Shown here piece by piece: positions 1 to 16,142 of a DNA stretch of 64,000 bases. This DNA is from the human T2T-CHM13v2.0 reference genome, Homo sapiens. Made by a program: the position numbers and the translations under genes. The notes under the pieces were generated by a model. That model did not search any database. It had not been told where the DNA came from and was given only the letters and a program-made list of their open reading frames with translations. Numbering within the stretch: the stretch's first letter is position 1; every line of letters begins with the position of its first letter. Location of the stretch: the NCBI RefSeq assembly GCF_009914755.1, contig NC_060933.1, one strand, 5' to 3'.

Positions 1-1446
1 CGCGTTGGGACTAGTTCGGCTGTGTTAAAAAGGTAGGTGACTTCCAAAAGCACTTATGAGCAGAAACCTGCCTCACCCCTGCCCTGCAGAGCCAATGGAT
101 GAGAGGCCAAGAGGGAGGCAGGCTCGGGGCTGGGCCGCAGCAGCCCTGGAGACAGGCTGAGCCAGCCTGTCCCCAGATAGGTCTAGGGGCCAGAGAGGTG
201 TTCGACTACCCTTGTGGCATTTACTATGGTGCAGACGACAGGGAGCAACAAGCAGTTAAGCTCCCCCAAAAAGAGAAACACAGTATAAGGCAGTGTTAGA
301 AAACTTTAAATACAGGATTAAGATCAAATCGGTAAGGCATCACAAATTGTAAAAAGGAATTTTGGCTGCATTCGGCATAGCAAACGGACAATCTGAGTGA
401 GCGACAGCCTCAGGAAAGTGGTGTGTCGGGGCTGTCCACAGGGCGAGTGCAGCTGGGAAAGGGCGGTGCTGCTCAGCCAGGGCGGCCTGCGCTTTCGAGA
501 CCTTGCTCAGAAAAGGCCCCATGTGAGGTAACTGGGTTGAGTCCGTGGGTCTCCAGTGCTGGGAGCTCCTGCCACACCCCCTGCCCACAGCGGCTGCGGC
601 TCTGCAAGCTGGTCTGAGCAGCTGGCCAGGCTGGCTTGCAGGGTGCTGCTGCTGGGGCTACCCCTGTGTGGTCTCACTAGCCCTTCCCACTGCCAGCTTG
701 GAGGCCAGCAGCACCCAGACCAGCAGCTTCCCCAAGGACTTCTTGCCCCTCCACCTTGCCTCAAGCTACTAAAACTCCCAGGGTGTTACCCAATAAAACA
801 CTTGGCACCAATCCAAGCTGATTTTCTGACCGATGACTTTTATCATAAACAGCAGCTTCTACCACCCCTTTAATACTGCATCATTCTTTGGGTGTCCCTA
901 AATGTTTTCAGTATTCCTATAAAATACAATGCGGGGCAGAAACAACATCAAAGCCACTGGTGTGATTTTAAACCAGGGAGATTAACTGTTTTGAGGTTTG
1001 GCTGAACCACCCAAAATAATTTAGTAGTTTCCGCTAAAAATGTAAACTTACAAATAAGAGGGAGACTGCTTTGAATGATAATACCAATGCGTCTGCTCAC
1101 AGTACAGCTTGAAGGCCCCCTCCTGTACCCCCACAAAAAAACTCAAAAATAGGACTGAGATGCCACAGCCAAGCGGGCTGTTCACTCCAAAGCCTCGGCG
1201 TGGGGGAGGCTTCCAGCTGCCAGGCTGGCCTGCACTGAAGGGTCAGACGCCAGACTGTGGCTCCAGAGCAGACTGAGCCATCGATTCTCAGGTGTCTCTG
1301 CAAATAAAGTTCTCAAAACATCTGTGCCTTTACCAAGGGAGGGGAAGGGAAGAGGATACATAAAAGCTGGCAGTTTTGTTGAATCCACCCCGAACCAGTC
1401 CTTGACGGCCACGGGTCTTAGCCAGGCAGGTAGGGATCTGTGACTG
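1..1446 (-). other. SURF4: SURF4 3' UTR (probably continues beyond window start)
   Basis: Directly downstream of the SURF4 TAA stop (1447-1449); no canonical AATAAA seen on the - strand within the window. Confidence 0.85.
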
Positions 1447-1767
<321 letters not shown>

Positions 1768-2363
1768 TTATAAACAAAAGTTCCAGCTGCTGCACGTCAT
1801 GAAGTCTCTATCCATCAGGCTGATGTAGCTACTGCTGAGACGGCTGCTGGTGCAAGTAGGGAGATAAAAGCCAAAGGGAGGCAGGAGGCAATAAAGCACC
1901 AGCTTTGAAATGTGGAAGGTTTGGGGAAGACTGAAGTTCCCAACTAGTAACAGGCTGTGATTTACCAAGATGAATCTCTAATCCATAACTAAATTCCCAA
2001 GTGCTTCTTGGCCCACCCAGCCATCCAGGCCAGAAACATCCTCTCTCCTCTCTCCATGGCGCCAGGAGCTCTTCCTGGACACTACCCGGCCAGGGCTCTC
2101 AGTCAGCTCCGGAGGTGTGCTCTGGAAGCTCCTGGAGGCCTGCCCCTGACACCTGACACACAGGAATTACTTGAGAAAGATACGAACAGTGAGGAAAGAA
2201 AGAAGAGTAAGGGGAGCCCGGGTGGAGAGCCTTGGCCAACCAAGGGCCAAGCACACTCCACCAAGGTCAGAGGTTCTGGCCTTCATTTGCTGGAAAGAAG
2301 GCTTGACACACAAGAGATTGACGATGTTTTGGTCTGTTTTAATGGGATCAAAAAGTTTGCTCC

Positions 2364-2662
2364 GCCGAGCACGGTGGCTCACGCCTGTAATCCCAGCAAT
2401 TTGGGAGGCTGAGACAGGCAGATCACGAGGGGTCAGGAGATCGAGACCATCCTGGCTAACACGGTGAAACCCTGTCTCTACTAAAAATACAAAAAATTAG
2501 CCAGGCGTGTTGGCAGGCGCCTGTAGTCCCAGCTGCTCGGGAGGCTGAGGCAGGAGAATGGCGTGAACCCGGGAGGCGGAACTTGCGGTGAGCCGAGATC
2601 ACGCACTGCACTCCAGCCTGGGGGACAGAGCGAGACTCCGTCTCAAAAAAAAAAAAAAAAAA
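2364..2662 (+). mobile_element. AluY-like SINE with 14-bp TSD AAAAAGTTTGCTCC
   Basis: GAGATCGAGACCATCCTGGCTAACACGG and GAATGGCGTGAACCCGGG diagnostics, pure A tail, flanking direct repeat. Confidence 0.9.
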
Positions 2663-2754
2663 GTTTGCTCCATTTCAGCAGCTCCCCCAGGCTGTGGTTA
2701 ATACCCAACCAGGGAGGGGTGAGCAGGGAGGGGGTGGGGGAGGGACAGCATTCA

Positions 2755-3081
<327 letters not shown>

Positions 3082-3428
3082 TTACTTCCCTTTCTCCAAA
3101 CCCAGTGATCTGCCAAGCAGGACCAGGCAGGCATGCGCACAGGACCTCAGACTCGAGTTACACCCATGTAAAACCTTACATAGCTCAGGAGACAGAGGTA
3201 TCTTTACAACTCGACAGTGACAGGCTACCTGAACACACACACAACCGAGTCCTAGTCACAGCTTCAGTGTTGACCAGCTGGGTCCCCGTGGTCAGGTCTG
3301 TCCTCCACTCAGACCCGGAGTCCCCACACCCGTGAAATAAGGGTCAGAAGAGACGGCTTCAGTCTCTACTATTCTAGGGGCTCTGCAACATCCTCTTCAG
3401 AACCTGTTTCTAAGAGGCACAATTTAGA

Positions 3429-3632
3429 CAGGGGGGTCCAATCTTTTGGCTTCCCTGGGCTACCCTGGAAGAACTGTCTTGGCCACACATAAAATACACT
3501 AATGCTAATGATAGGTGATGAGCTAAAAAATAAAACTTAAAAATCACAAAAAAAACTCTCAATGTTTTAAGAAAGTTTTTGAGTTTGTGTTGGGCCATGT
3601 TCACCCCGTGGACCACAGGCTGGACAAGCTTG
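3429..3632. mobile_element. MER30-like hAT-Charlie non-autonomous DNA transposon
   Basis: CAGGGG..TCCAATCTTTTGGCTTCCCTGGGC start and TGGACAAGCTTG end match recalled MER30 consensus. Confidence 0.75.
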
Positions 3633-3685
3633 GTTTAGACCCAGAGAAGTCTACTCAAACCAATAGTTAACTGAGTTTAGAAATA

Positions 3686-3898
3686 CAGATTGAGTATCCC
3701 TAACCTGAAATGCTTAGGACCCAAAGTGTTTCAGATTTTGGTATATTTGCATTATATACTTATTGGCTGAGCATCCCAAATCTGAAAATCCAAAACCTGA
3801 AATGCTCCAATGAGCACTTCCTTTGAGCGTCATGTCGGTGCCCAAGATTTTTCCCATTTTGGAGCATTTCAGACTTTGGATTTGCAATGCTCAACCTG
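3686..3898. mobile_element. Tigger4a/MER46-like TcMar MITE
   Basis: Terminal inverted repeats CAG.TTGAG.AT / ATGCTCAACCTG with TA on both sides. Confidence 0.75.
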
Positions 3899-3938
3899 TA
3901 GAAGGAGCGTATACTAAAACCAACCAGAATGCACATAC

Positions 3939-3982
3939 CTCATCAAAAACTTCAAGTCCCATAAAATGCTGTAGGCAATCGT
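3939..3982 (-). CDS. SURF4: SURF4 coding exon 4 (TIAYSILWDLKFLMR)
   Basis: AG / GTATGT, 44 nt, phase consistent. Confidence 0.95.
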
Positions 3983-4495
3983 CTGAGGGGAAAGAAGAGA
4001 GAGATACTTGAGTCTCAGCCTTTCCAAAGGCATTTCCACAGACTTCATAATACATTAGGCCGTCTCTCCAATGTCAGCTGGAGTCTAAAACACACAAAAC
4101 CATTGTAGGAGACCGAGGACAGATCTAAGCTCAAAAATGTGGTTCTGTATTTCTCAAGAAATGTGCTATGATGTTCCAGAGAACAAAGTGATTCTGAGAC
4201 CACTGATGTGGATTCAGATATTCTGTTCCCAGCATTTCATTCTGAATAACCAAGTATTCTTCTTTATGAAGCAACGTGATAACAAGACAGCATCCTGGCT
4301 GCAGCCAAGCTCGAGACTTCCCTTGTCACGGTAATCATAGAAATGGGACAAAAGATGGCCCAGTACCGAATGACCTGCCTCTACAGCCCTGCTTGGGCTC
4401 ACGACTTCCCCAGAAGAGAAAGGAGCTCCAGGCAGTCAGAGACATGCAGGGGGCTGAAGGGGGAGTGACACTGAACCCTCAAGGATGTCTTTTCA

Positions 4496-4648
<153 letters not shown>

Positions 4649-5165
4649 TTAGGGGGCCTGAGGGTGGGTGCCGGCGGGGAGCACTGTCTTGATACACTGC
4701 TACCTCACCTGGCCCTTAGGTCCAGAGGCAGCCAAACCACCTACCCAAGCAAAAGACAACTTCTGGAAGAATTAATGATAGGCAAGGACCACACATGGTA
4801 AGCTGACTAGACTTATCACAAACACCAGAAAGTGGAGCCCTTGCCGTCATAAAGAATGGGCTGTTTCCCACAATCAGCTCCCAAGTCAGCCACCCACCTG
4901 AGGTAGGCAATTAACTGCTCTACTGTGGACTGCCAGCCAGACTCCAGCATCTCCTGCTTTGGGTCCCTGACAGGGACCATGTCCTATTTCCTTAGCAAGC
5001 TCTAAAGCAGTGAGCTCAGGGCTAGAGACTAAGCGTCCCCACCAAGGCTTGCAGAACCGGACTCCTGGCCTGGCACAGCTGAGCTGGAGAAGAGGGGAAT
5101 GGAGGGGGGACAGCAGTCCAGGAGACCCCCGAGTTCACACACAGCCTCCCAACTGCTAACGATCA

Positions 5166-5519
<354 letters not shown>

Positions 5520-8500
5520 TCAGCCCCGGTGCCTTCCCAGGGCAGACTAGGGGGCTCTCAGTGCTTGCTCCTGAGCGCTACCCTGTGAGTCTGGACACAT
5601 GCAACAATCCAAGGATCAGTCCCGGAGATGCATGACTTGACGTTAGGCCCTCTGGGGCAGATCCTATAGGGCAGCAGCCCTAACACTCTGCTACCGTGAT
5701 TTCCCCCAGTGCCTCGGCAGGCAACTACAGTCTTCCAAGGTGGCACTGCCACAAGACACAGAGCTGCTCTTTTCGGTCAAAGGCATTTACAAGTTGGAAT
5801 CACAGAATGACATCTGAAAAGGCACTTAGAGGTCATCTATCCAACGTTTCTGCACCTCAGCACTACTGGCATCTGAGGCCAGGCCACTCTTTGCCGTGGG
5901 TCATCCTGGGTGCTGCAGGCTATGACGCACGACATGTCTGCCCACGACATGCCAGCAGCAGCCTCCCTCCTGAGGCACCGCTGCACTTTGCCAGGCATCT
6001 CCGCTGCTCTGGTCCAACCCCTCACCTTACAAATGGCTATATTAAACCCAGCGGGAAGGGGTTCCCCTAGGCTTCGCAGACCTGATGGTGCAATGCCAAG
6101 ACTTGACCCCAGCCTGCAGGTCACACATGGCTGAGGTGCCAAGGGCCTGGACCTCCCAGCCTGCCCAGTGACGCCCACAGTACCCTGACAGAACAAGGGT
6201 TGGCTTAGGTGACAGCCAGGGTGCCACACCTAGAGGGCCACATGGTTGACTGAATAGTAAGATCACGTTTACAGTTATCCGAAAATCTCCAGAGCAGCAG
6301 GAGGAGGCCCCAGGCTCTGGACAGCGCATGTGTGCTGTTGCAAACCAGGGCTGGCGCTTCCCAGCCCGACGGAGCTCTCCCCTGCAAGCTCAGGATCTGA
6401 CGTGGGGACTGTGTGTGCAGCAACCGTCAGCGCAGCATGAAGCTGGTACCGCTAATGGCTAGAAAGCGCTGGGATTTTGTCAAAGCCTGCATAATCTCGA
6501 GCAAATTAAAACACACTAACAAATGGGATGGACAGCTGTTTCAACAGCAATGAAACGCAAGTGTGTGAAATCACTGTCAAATGTCAAAGGGAAAGAAAAC
6601 ATTTATGACTTCCTGCTGTGCTGTGAGTCAGGTCATTTATGACGGCTGGGTTAGGTAGCCAACATGCACTATCGGATGCCAGGTACAAATGTCACGCAGG
6701 TTCACCCCATGCACTTTTCTCTTATCACCCATGCAAAACTGAGATATAAAGTGAAAGAAATACTGTAACACAGCAAGTCCTTCGGAGAAAGATCAGGGGA
6801 CCCATCCACCAACGCATGTTGGGAAGCCAGAGTCTAAAGAGCACCCGAGAGGCTGACCCCCACGGGAGGCGAGCGAACGTCAGCTGCACAGGCCTCCTAG
6901 GGCTGACTAAACCTACTGTTGGAACAAAGGAAGATATGCGTGTTTCTTATTTTTCAGCATTTTTTAAAGTTGCTTCAAAGTCCTAGACACTGCTGAAGCT
7001 GCCCATCTCAGTTACCACGCCCCTGGGTGTTCAGGTCACCCTCCAGCCTGTCAGGTGGGGCCCTGACTAGGTCAGCACTGCAGATTGGCTCCCATGTGGC
7101 AGAGAACGGAGGCAGAGATTACAAAGCCAGGTGGCCATTCTCCCCAAACCCACTGCGCCCTGCAGTGTCAGTTCTGCACACATTTACTCAGCCTTTGACT
7201 CCACGGAAGTGATGGGAGAAATCACAGTGACCGACAGATACCCAGAGAATCACCAAGTGGGTTTGGGAGATGAAGTGCAGGTGGAGGTTCTGAGGCCCTG
7301 TGATCTCATCCTGCCCTGGTACCATCCAGCCAGCACACCGTGTGACCTGGACACGCCCAGTTACTTTTTTGAGAGTGTCTCTACTATCCTGCAGTAGAGT
7401 GAGGCCACCTGAACTAATGGTTGGTAAGATGCTTTCCAACTTTACTAGGAGGAAGACCTTGTTTCACTTTTTATTTTTAAAAAGGCCCCAAATACTCCCC
7501 TGTGAATTTTAGGGCCAATGCAGAGAACCAGCACAAGATGCCCATGTGCACAGTGTGACGCAACCTGCATCACACTGGGTGGTGGGAAAGGTGACGCCAC
7601 ACACCCTCCCCAGGTTCTGCCTCATGGCCCCGTTGCTCTCTAAATGCCCAGCAACAGTGTAATCACCCATATTCCATGGAAGAGAGAAAGCACACCACCG
7701 TGGCACACGATGTGCCACTGCTCTCAAGGAATGGCCTCACATCGTGGCCCAGCTGGGAAGCCCCAGCAAGGACACAAGCCTTTATCTCATCTGAACCTGG
7801 GGAAAAGCAACCACTGGGAAGGAAGAGCTCAACAGGAGGCTGTCCAGACCTCTGAGATGAGACGGAGCCGTGGTGGGACTCCCAGGGCAGGGTGTGGGTG
7901 TGGGGCGTGGACCCCAACAGCAGCAGAGAGGTAGACTGCAATCCATACCCAAGACAGACACCAGAGGTGTTCTGACTTGCTTCTAAAATGAGAGCTGTGA
8001 GCCACTCACTGGCCTGAGATGAGCAAACCAGCCCAGCCATGGGCTGCGGTCTAAGCCTCCCCCAGTTGCAGGACCTGCATTTAACATGCTCATCTACGTG
8101 CACAGCCCACGAGATTGAGGCAGTGTTTAAAAGTCTCTTTGAATGAGTCTGCGACTCTTAATTTGAGTGTCTGGGTCAAGAGGATTAAAGAGCAAAAAAG
8201 AGAGAGAAGGTGGGACAGGCAATTCACACCTCCTTCCCTGCGCAAACATGGTGACGAAACAGACACAGCTCTTGGCTTTGGGGAAAAATATGCAAAAATC
8301 TAGGTACTGCCTTCTGAACTGAGCACACCTACTGCTTGGCTGTCCTGGTTTTCAAAGGCAAGCCTGGTCCACACTGAAGGCTGAAGTCAGGCTGATGCAG
8401 TCTCCTCTAAACTGGCCACCATTTAATGAGCATCTGTTTGGACTGAACACTGAAAAAGCCACGTTTAAAGACAAGGCCCAACATTAACCTTATTTCCTAC

Positions 8501-11270
8501 ATGCATGTTGGTCACAACTACTTCAACTTGGCCACTGGAACCATGTCATGCCACTCTAGAACACGTCCCAGAGCCAGTGTCCCCTCAGCACAGCAGAGAA
8601 GAGCCCTCAACACAGGCAGGACACACAGCACCCCAGGACAGACAAGAGCAGCCGCACTGCAGGCACTAAGGCCATTGCTGGTAGCCAGCACACAGGTGAC
8701 CTGTGTAAACACGGCGAGCACATAAAACTTGTGACAGTCCCCCTCCCCCCCATTAGAGAACTGCGACAGCAGAGCCAGAGGTGGCTGTTGACCTGGCAGG
8801 CTGCAGGAAGAAGATGACAGTTAGCTCACCTCTGTGGCCAAGCTTCTCATTAAGTCTCTCCGAGAACCGCGCCATCAAGCAGGATATGGTTCATAAGCAG
8901 TGACAGCATCTGAGGGGCTTAACAGGAAGACTGATATTTCTCTCAAAGGGGTGGTTATTTTAGACGACTGAAGGGGATTTTAGAAACGTAATTAATTATA
9001 TCCACCCTGAGATGACTTCCTGGGCATCCAGTGATCACTGTCACAGCCACCTGCAGCTCCCACGCCACACAGAAAACTCCACTTTCTCTTCACACTCAGG
9101 ACAGAAAGAAATTGAGGAAAGCAGCTTGCAAATTCGTGGTGAATGTGAACATCGACGAAAAAGGCAGGTCAGATTTCCTTGATCACCAAGGACTGGGGCT
9201 GCCTTGTTCAAAGCCCAACTCAGGTCCCACACATCCTAGAAACAAGCACCTGCGGCCCAGCGGCTTCCCTCACATCAGCCTGTCAGAGCTGGCTCGAGCT
9301 CACTGGCTCACTGCAGCTCCAGAACTTCCCCGAGCCCCGCTCCCATGCTGCTCTATAGGTTCACACTGCACCCTGCAGGGCCAGAAAGGATGTCGCCAGC
9401 CCAATGTGGGAGATGATGGCCTGGCTTTACTAAAAAACTGTGTGATCAAAATCCCAACTATAGGAAAGACGTAACTGAGAACGACTGGGCCCCATGTTCT
9501 GGGAGGAGCCCCGCTAACCACAACCTCCTCTGCTCCTCGCCCGCACTCCCCTGAAGAGTGAGTTTTAACCTCCCGTTAAGATCATCGCACAAAGAAAAGT
9601 GAGTCAGCTCCTCTTTGCCTTCTCTCCCCACTCCTTCATGATATAGGGCAGGGTATGACAGAGCCTGCCACTGTCACCAGGACTTTGCCACACCAGTCAC
9701 CAGCATGGTGTTCATCGGGACCCTCACAGTGCCTGTGCCACCTGCAAGTTCAGGGGTCCTCAGGCCTATCCTTGCTTCCCCAGCACTTCAACTAGGGCCG
9801 AGGCCAGCTCCTAGGGCCCAGGACTAGCTCTGCCACTCTTGAGGACAGGTTAAAAACACCAAAGGTCACACTGGAGAGGAAGGCCCCATGCAGCTTTTCT
9901 GTCACCTTGGTGATGAGCCACCAGGCAGAACCCATTAAGTGCTAATATTGCTGTTTATGGGTATAAACTGCTTAGAAGCTACATTTTACAGAGTGTCTAA
10001 TAGGCAATGAGGAGCAGCTGCAGGCATGGACATTAGTTTGGATTGCTGAGTTCATTAGTTTCTGGACCCTTCCCATGGCTTCCAAATGCCAAGCTCCTGC
10101 ATAGAGCACGTCTCAGCAGTTTCTACAGAGCATGGCTCCTGGGAGCAAGAGGACACTGTCCCTGGCTGCCAGAGCAAGCAGCTTGATGCCAGAGGCAGAG
10201 AGACAAGAGATGCAACTGTGGGGAGCCTGCCAGCAGAAACTAACCAGACTGCTCGTCCCCGTGGACCAGCCTCTGCAGGCCAGAAGGAAAGATCAGTCAA
10301 CCAAGCAGTGAGGAACCCAGCCTTTGGGGTAACAGGATGCGGACTCAGTCTCCAGGCCACCACAAGCCAGTGCGGCCAGCCAACCTCCCTCTGCCCATCT
10401 GAAGATGGTGACGCTCTGGCCAACCTCCTACAGTCAAGAAGTTCACAAAAGGAATGTCTATCATGGACCCGGCCCAGTGAAAGACTTAATGTCATTGTCA
10501 TAATACTGGAAGACACTGGGCCTGGGAAACGAAGCTTACTTAGGTCTTGCTTTCAGCAGCCCACACTTTCTGGTCAAATCTTGTCACTTCAGTTTTGCTC
10601 TTGTTTTCTGAAGATGTGAAAAAATGGATGTGTCACTTTATCTGATCAGTGACTTCCATGGTAATCCTCTATCGGCTTCAAATTAGGTCATTTTCATGTA
10701 AAAGCCTGGTCTGGCAGCTTTAAGTACTATGTGAATAAAGAGAAACAAAGCCCCACCTGGGCTTGGTCAGATTCTGTCCACAAGAAGCCATATTTTGACT
10801 TCGAACCCTGTTTACTTGCCTGCATCTGTCTGATTGGGGTTTGGGCGAGTACAAGTAGCTGCCCTCCCAAGCTGCCCACAAAAGGGCATGGAAGCTCCCA
10901 CAGCCATGCTCTGCCACCACCTAGACGGACTCTTAAGGAGATCATCTGACGGCGGCAGCCTGCGCTGCCTTACAGATATGGTGCCTTACAGATATGGTCC
11001 TAACCCACTTGGGTTTTGTATGTGAGCAGCCCCTTCACCCGCTAGTGCTCTTCCCTTGACTTGTGCCAGAAGAGCAACACCAGGGGCTGGGGGCGCTGGG
11101 GACCAAGACCCGGCTTTTCTTGGTCTTGGTCACAGGCAAGTCTAGGAGCCTGAGCAGGTTTGGCCTCCCCTCAGTAACCTGGGAGAGGTCGACTCTGTGC
11201 CCCCTCAAGAGCCTTTCCAGTTCCAAGCTACTGCTTCTTTCATTTAAAACATAACAGAATACATGATGAA

Positions 11271-11905
<635 letters not shown>

Positions 11906-12230
11906 ACAGTATGTGAAGACACTGGGAACTTTTTTTTGTCAATAGGGGAGTCTGTCATTTGCTAGTGGGCAGCAGCTTGACTGGAGACATTTGATCTAGA
12001 TTTGGTTATGAAATTCACTTGCAAATCCAGGTTTTCCAGGACAAAGAGCGAGTGTATGTAGCTCTCATCCTTCCCTCAGCTATGAGGAGCCATCTTCTTA
12101 GGGAGCTGCGACTTGGAGAAATATAAATGGGTCACTATAAATTATGTCAATGAAAACTGACAAACCTAAAAGGTCTACCTGGTTCTTGAGAGCTTTTGAT
12201 ATGAATTGTTTTTAAAATTGTGTCTTTAAA

Positions 12231-12560
<330 letters not shown>

Positions 12561-13881
12561 AATTGTGTCTTTAAGCACAAAATCAGAATCTTAGGGAAAA
12601 AATGCTTCGTCAAGTTGATTACTTTTTCCCTCCAAATTTAAAATATTGGCTCACAGAAAGTGTTGCAATGAGAACCGATGGTGAGGTCACACTAGAAAGA
12701 GATCACCCCCCAGGAGGAACGGAAGAGCTCAATAGCTGATCAGAAAACGGTCACTTACTCTTTTCTTTTTTTTTTAAACCACACATATACAAGCCTTCCG
12801 ATAAGTCTAGGCCTCAGAGTTTGATGACTCACTACCACCTCCAGAAAAATTTAAAAATTTAACCATCACTACTTAAAACTCTAGCAAAGCCACACGAACA
12901 CATTAAGTAAACCGAGGAAAAAACGGCAAGTGGGCCACACAAGGCTCTCCCTGCGGGGATAAGGCTGTTAATTTGTCGACATAACGGGATTCTTTTAGAA
13001 GTAAAAGGCATAAATCTGCGTAACCACCACCACCTTTTGTTTTTGTTTTTTTGTTCTGTCAAGCTTAATCAAGAAAGAGGGAAGGGAGTTGTGTCCCTTC
13101 ACTTTGTAGGATCGGATCCTGTCCACCCAGTTCCCGAATGCTCTCAACAGTTACCCAACCGCCTGTTTCAAAGGCTTCCCTGTTGCTCAGAATGCCACCT
13201 GGACACTTCTGGAAGGAGACTATCAGGGAGATAGGCTTCCCCTCCTCCCAGGCTGTGTACAGGTCCCCACTCAATCCAGCCCAGGGCAGAGTCCAAACGG
13301 GGAGGGAGACGCAGACAGGGTCAAAGGGACCCCAAGAGTCCAGCACATCTGGGAAAGAGAAAAGGAAAAGGTGCTGTGGCTTCCTGTAGCTGGGGCGCAC
13401 GCCAGCGCGCCCCCTTTCCTCTGGGAGGACCCCCGGCCCCCGTTCGTCCCCGAGCTCCCAGCCCGCCTCCGGGAGCCCCAGTGAGAGGAAAAACGTGCGG
13501 GGACCCCCCAGCAGCTCCAAACGCCGAGGCGCTCCCCGCGAGCCTCAGACCCGACCCAACGCCAGGACTCGCGCCGCCGGCCCGGGAAGAAACCCCCACA
13601 GCCCGCGCCCCGGGCTGGCTGGAGGGTGGGGGCGGCTAGCCAGGCAGGGCGCCGAGGCCCGGGCTCCGGGAGCGGCCCAGCGGGCAGGGGAGACTGGGCC
13701 CGGAGGCCGGGTTTGGGGCTGTCCAGCCGGGACAGAGGGCCCGGGCGGGGGGGTCCCTCTGTGGGAACAAGGAGTCAGGGGGCGGCCCGGGCCTGGCGCC
13801 CTGCGCTGGGAGGCCGACTCCGGAGCGGCCCGGGCGGCCTGGGTCGGGACCGGGGCCGGGGGAGGAGCCCGCAGGCCGCAC

Positions 13882-13929
13882 CTGGTCGGCGAAGTCCTCG
13901 GCCGTGCCCATCAGGTCGTTCTGGCCCAT
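13882..13929 (-). CDS. SURF4: SURF4 coding exon 1 (MGQNDLMGTAEDFADQ)
   Basis: GCCATGG Kozak start at 13929, CAG|GTGCGG donor. Confidence 0.96.
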
Positions 13930-14277
13930 GGCGACGGCGGGAGGCTCGGCTCGGCTCGCTCGCTCGCTCGCTGGCTCTCGCCCGTCGGCGCCCGCACCCG
14001 CTGCGGCCTCCACAGGAAGTGCCCGGCGGCCGGCCTCGCTCCGCGTCGGCTGCGGCTCCAGCGGCTGCCACGTAGGCCAAGCCTTAAAGGGGCCGCGCGC
14101 CGCCCGGGCCCGCCCCGGTGCGTCTTAAAGGGGCCACGCGCCATCCCCAGCCTCCCGACCCATCCGCTCGAAGCCACGCCCGCCGCGCTCGACGCCACGC
14201 CTCTCACGCTGGAGGCCCCGCCCGCCGCGCGCAGGCCCTGCGGTCCCTCCCGGCCCGGCGGAACGCGTCCCTTTTAA

Positions 14278-14655
<378 letters not shown>

Positions 14656-15331
14656 TGAACCCGGGGGGCCTCCAACGGTGACCTCCTGGGTGCCCTTTGC
14701 CACTCAGTTTCCCCCTTTGTGAATTGACTAAGGATTCTCCAGCCCTGGCTGAGTATTTGAGGGCGTGGGGCAGCTCCTCTATCCTTCGTGCCTGGGGTCT
14801 GTGCGCTTGGGTCCACCGAGGCAGGACCCCCGGGAACATCCCGAGTACATAATTGGGAGCCCCCAGTCCCCTAAAAACACCCCTGCAGCGTGGGTCTGTG
14901 AAAATGTTTGAGACCTAAAAAATTCACAAAACACAAAAGGAAAGCTGCAAAATAAAAGTAAATGTTTAATTAAATGCTTCTATACATGATATATACACTT
15001 TATTAAATGTTAGATTCAGCATTTGTGAAAAATGCATTCGCTTGGAAACAGTTTGCGGGTTAGATTTTTGTCACTTTGGAAGAATTGTCTTTGTGTGAGA
15101 GGACTATAGGGCGTTGCCAGAGGTGAAGCAGATGAGCTTCTGGTGGCCAGATAATTTTTAAAGTAAAGTTGTTTTTCAGATTAAAAAAAAATAGACGTTT
15201 CAGGAATATACCTGCTTTTGGAAAAAAAAATAGACTTGATTCGAGATACGGCTCCATTTTACTGTTTAATTTGCTGCCTAAGCTTGAACGCTCTCACACC
15301 AGCTCTGCCCTCAGCCCGCTGTGGCTTAGAA

Positions 15332-16142
<811 letters not shown>

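Noticed and set aside
792-1310. Plus-strand AATAAA at 792 and ~1304 within the SURF4 3' UTR as possible ends of a convergent transcript
   Set aside because: The convergent neighbour lies outside the window and hexamers alone are not evidence
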